Part shown: in pieces, positions 61,519-64,000 of the stretch
Layout of the letters: every line of letters starts with the position of its first letter
How positions within the stretch are numbered: the first letter of the stretch is position 1
From: Escherichia phage VpaE1_ev78
Length of the DNA: 64,000 bases
Strand: one strand, 5' to 3'
Sequence record: LR597663
The notes under the pieces: generated by a model
Database searches by the model: none
What the model saw: only the letters and a program-made list of their open reading frames with translations
Told to the model about the DNA's origin: nothing
Position numbers and translations under genes: made by a program

Positions 61519-61779
61519 TCACTCAATAACCGTAGTATGTGATTGCCCATTTTTGCCATAGCTATAAGATGTTGTTGTTTGAGAGTTTGGGCATCTGACA
61601 ACAACAATATCTCTACTTATAGCATCACCATGTAACTTGTATACTCTGCAATCTTGCATCTCTGGTGGGAGGCTGTAAGAAGCATTTTTATCTTCATAAG
61701 AAGGGTTGCAGCCAGATAGAAAAATAACACCAAGCGCAATTACTGCTTTCCACATAACACTTCTCCTATTACTGTTCAC
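61519..61779 (-). CDS. Putative lipoprotein
   Basis: Signal peptide with lipobox MWKAVIALGVIFLSGC (start may be this internal Met). Confidence 0.45.
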   Translation of the reverse strand: MNSNRRSVMWKAVIALGVIFLSGCNPSYEDKNASYSLPPEMQDCRVYKLHGDAISRDIVVVRCPNSQTTTSYSYGKNGQSHTTVIE

Positions 61780-62011
61780 GATGTTCTACTTCTCTGTATG
61801 TACGTCGGTAGTTTATGATAAGAGGTGCTAATTCATTGCTTTTAACATTTGAACGTAACAGTTGCCAATCAAAACCTTTACCGACTCTTCCATACAAACT
61901 AAATAATTTTACTTTGCGTTTCATTTTGGTATACCAATACTCAGAGGTCAATATTAATACGTTCGCCCTTAAGGACTCCTGTACGGTCTCTTGCAATCTT
62001 GCCGTCAACAA
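61769..62011 (-). CDS. Hypothetical protein
   Basis: 80 aa ORF. Confidence 0.3.
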   Translation of the reverse strand: MLTARLQETVQESLRANVLILTSEYWYTKMKRKVKLFSLYGRVGKGFDWQLLRSNVKSNELAPLIINYRRTYREVEHREQ

Positions 62012-62168
62012 TAAGGATATGTGCAGCCCTTAAAGAGTCACCATTAAAAGCTTTTACGAACTTACTAGGCATCACTACAATGGACATCTCCTGAATCAAC
62101 TCTGGAGTATAGCAATTGTCGTGAAGTTGCTGAATAACGTCTGCAAGTGTCATTTTTGATGTCTCCAA
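61941..62168 (-). CDS. Hypothetical protein
   Basis: 75 aa ORF. Confidence 0.3.
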   Translation of the reverse strand: METSKMTLADVIQQLHDNCYTPELIQEMSIVVMPSKFVKAFNGDSLRAAHILIVDGKIARDRTGVLKGERINIDL

Positions 62169-62359
62169 TACTCAATGTCAATAAGTTCTTGTGCAATGCT
62201 TTTCAGATTACCTTTCAAGAAAACCTTCTCAGAACCTGAAATAGATGAATTGTCAATTAACCTGTTCATCCTCTCAAACAACTTCTGCTTACGATTCTTG
62301 ATAGTCTCCTTTGAAGCACCTTTCATCATTGCTGCATGGGTTCTTCCACGATGGCTCAT
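62150..62359 (-). CDS. Hypothetical protein
   Basis: 69 aa ORF. Confidence 0.3.
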   Translation of the reverse strand: MSHRGRTHAAMMKGASKETIKNRKQKLFERMNRLIDNSSISGSEKVFLKGNLKSIAQELIDIEYWRHQK

Positions 62360-62410
62360 AAGCCCTCCTATATAAGATATAGTATAAGGTACTCTTCCCT
62401 GAGCACCTTG

Positions 62411-62977
62411 TCAACTTAGTTTTGCAAACTCTCCGTGGAGTTTAGTAGCAGCTTCACAGTAAGCTTTATGGGCTTCTTCAGGTGTGTCATAGTATCCTAA
62501 TGACATCTTTTTACCTTTATAGCTTATTTGCGCAACCCACCTACCAGACTTCTTCTTCAGGCTTACACCCTTATAGCCTGATTTATTGGTGGATAGTTTG
62601 CTTTTATTCCAAGCACTTTGGTAGTCATCTGCTTCTCTTAAGTTTGCAATCCTGTTATCAAGGGAGTCCCCGTTAATATGGTCAATAACACCTTTCGGTA
62701 ACCTGCCATACACGTACAGCCATGCGAGTCTGTGCGCTTTATGTGCTTTCTTGTCAAAATAGATAGTAATCTGCTTATGACCAGTTGAGTCAATCTGAAT
62801 GCTCCCCGCTACCTGTCCTGCGTGCTGACTATTAAAAACTTTAACAGCCTTTGAGTCACCCTCTCTACGAAGCCAAGTAAAGACCCCTGTTTCGGGGTCA
62901 TAGTGTAGTAGTTCCTTTAAACGTTCTTGTGTAATCATTTTGTCACCATTAATGCACTTCCAACCACGATTTACCAA
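62411..62977 (-). CDS. HNH homing endonuclease with AP2-type DNA-binding domain
   Basis: 188 aa; HRLAWLYVYGRLPKGVIDHINGDSLDNRIANLR (HNH) then YKGVSLKKKSGRWVAQISYKGKKMSLGYYDTPEEAHKAY (AP2-like); start overlaps 3' end of DNA polymerase gene. Confidence 0.7.
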   Translation of the reverse strand: MVNRGWKCINGDKMITQERLKELLHYDPETGVFTWLRREGDSKAVKVFNSQHAGQVAGSIQIDSTGHKQITIYFDKKAHKAHRLAWLYVYGRLPKGVIDHINGDSLDNRIANLREADDYQSAWNKSKLSTNKSGYKGVSLKKKSGRWVAQISYKGKKMSLGYYDTPEEAHKAYCEAATKLHGEFAKLS

Positions 62978-64000
62978 CCTTACCAGTACCAGTTACCAGT
63001 GTTTCACTCTTTAGTCCTAAGTTCTTAGAGGCTTGCCCGTAATACCAATCAGTGACAGCTTTCACCTCTGCCGTCATACTTTCTGGGCATTCCCAACTCG
63101 TCTCGTCGTGATAGGAGCACAATAAACGAGCACCTATAGCTGGTTTGCGACCGTTCAACTTCATCAAACCTTCGTCAATCATACGACGGCAAGCAAGGTT
63201 AATTGCCTCGTTCTGAATCTGACTTTCCGAACCCATGAGCAAATAATTCAATAGCTTATGCGGAGATTTACACCACAACCAAGCTCCAGCAACCTTTACA
63301 AAACCCCCTTTAGAGATTGCAGCAGTCTTACCAAACACCTCTTCAAGTGCCTTTTTAGTTGCTTTGTAGTCAGCTTCCAAGTCATCTAGTAGCTTCTTAA
63401 TTTTAGGCAAACGAATAAAGTAAGTTTGTTTAGTCAGTGCACCTTCCTGAGTAGTTGCAGCTTTAATCGTCTTAGCAAACTTCTCATCCCCTGCACCGAA
63501 CAGCAGTGCATAGATACCATTCTTAGCTTTCTTACGGCCTTTGCTAATCTCATGAAGAAGGTTCTCATCCTGAGTAGCTCGACAAGTCAAGATGTCCTGC
63601 TCATCATTCAAGCTAAAGTAAATACTGTTCAGTGTATGTGCATCAGTCCCTGAATAGACAACGTACAGGTCATTCTCAGAGTCATAGCGAAGGTACTTAT
63701 CAATCTCTGGGTTGAGGTACTCATCAAAATGTTTGCAGTAATAGCGTCCATCTTCTTGACGAATGAACTCAATCTCTTCTTTACCTTGCGTTACCGCTTT
63801 GGTGAAGTCTTTATCGCCCATAAAGTTACAAAGAAGAACTAGCTGGGCTGAGTTCATATCTACAGAGACAACGTTAGTACCTTCCTCACAAATCCACACT
63901 GCCCTCATTGGTTCTCCATAGACAGCAGCACCAGACGGTACGTTTACAATACCATACTGTGTCATACGTCCAGTTGAAGTACCAAACACCATTGCACCAG
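62949..64000 (-). CDS. DNA polymerase, family A (C-terminal polymerase domain only; gene continues beyond window end)
   Basis: Motif A-like VSVDMNSAQLVLL, motif B-like RKKAKNGIYALLFGAG, motif C SYHDETSW, C-terminus SWLEVH; the Met at 63992 is probably not the true start. Confidence 0.65.
   Translation of the reverse strand, partial: GAMVFGTSTGRMTQYGIVNVPSGAAVYGEPMRAVWICEEGTNVVSVDMNSAQLVLLCNFMGDKDFTKAVTQGKEEIEFIRQEDGRYYCKHFDEYLNPEIDKYLRYDSENDLYVVYSGTDAHTLNSIYFSLNDEQDILTCRATQDENLLHEISKGRKKAKNGIYALLFGAGDEKFAKTIKAATTQEGALTKQTYFIRLPKIKKLLDDLEADYKATKKALEEVFGKTAAISKGGFVKVAGAWLWCKSPHKLLNYLLMGSESQIQNEAINLACRRMIDEGLMKLNGRKPAIGARLLCSYHDETSWECPESMTAEVKAVTDWYYGQASKNLGLKSETLVTGTGKVGKSWLEVH

Overview
This 64 kb window reads as a contiguous segment of a virulent tailed-phage genome (AT-rich, no integrase or CRISPR seen) with six modules. 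(1) 1-14261, plus strand: an early region with rIIA/rIIB-like genes, a secreted SLT-like protein, a HAD-type phosphatase, a macrodomain protein and about 15 very small ORFs, each preceded by one of two families of conserved promoter/stem-loop/RBS cassettes. (2) 14262-15963: a 1.7 kb ORF-free region packed with short degenerate repeats, flanked by convergent terminators. (3) 15964-24143, minus strand: small genes plus a GH24 endolysin and a protein with three tandem Ig-like repeats. (4) 24372-32097, plus strand: a vWA-domain protein followed by an array of about 27 tRNA genes behind strong sigma70-like promoters, interrupted by two HNH endonuclease genes, a membrane protein and a family of inverted-repeat elements carrying tRNA-like fragments. 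(5) 32320-56028, plus strand: the morphogenesis module (large terminase, portal, protease/scaffold, capsid, sheath/tube-type contractile tail, chaperone pair with a -1 frameshift site, tape measure, Mu/P2-like baseplate, two tail fibres, small membrane proteins). (6) 56065-64000, minus strand: thymidylate synthase, DHFR, DNA ligase, an HNH-AP2 homing endonuclease and the 3' part of a family-A DNA polymerase. The overall gene content is reminiscent of Felix O1-like myoviruses, but that is an inference from memory, not a database result. All calls come from reading the sequence and the supplied ORF translations; tRNA coordinates and anticodons were folded by hand and are approximate.
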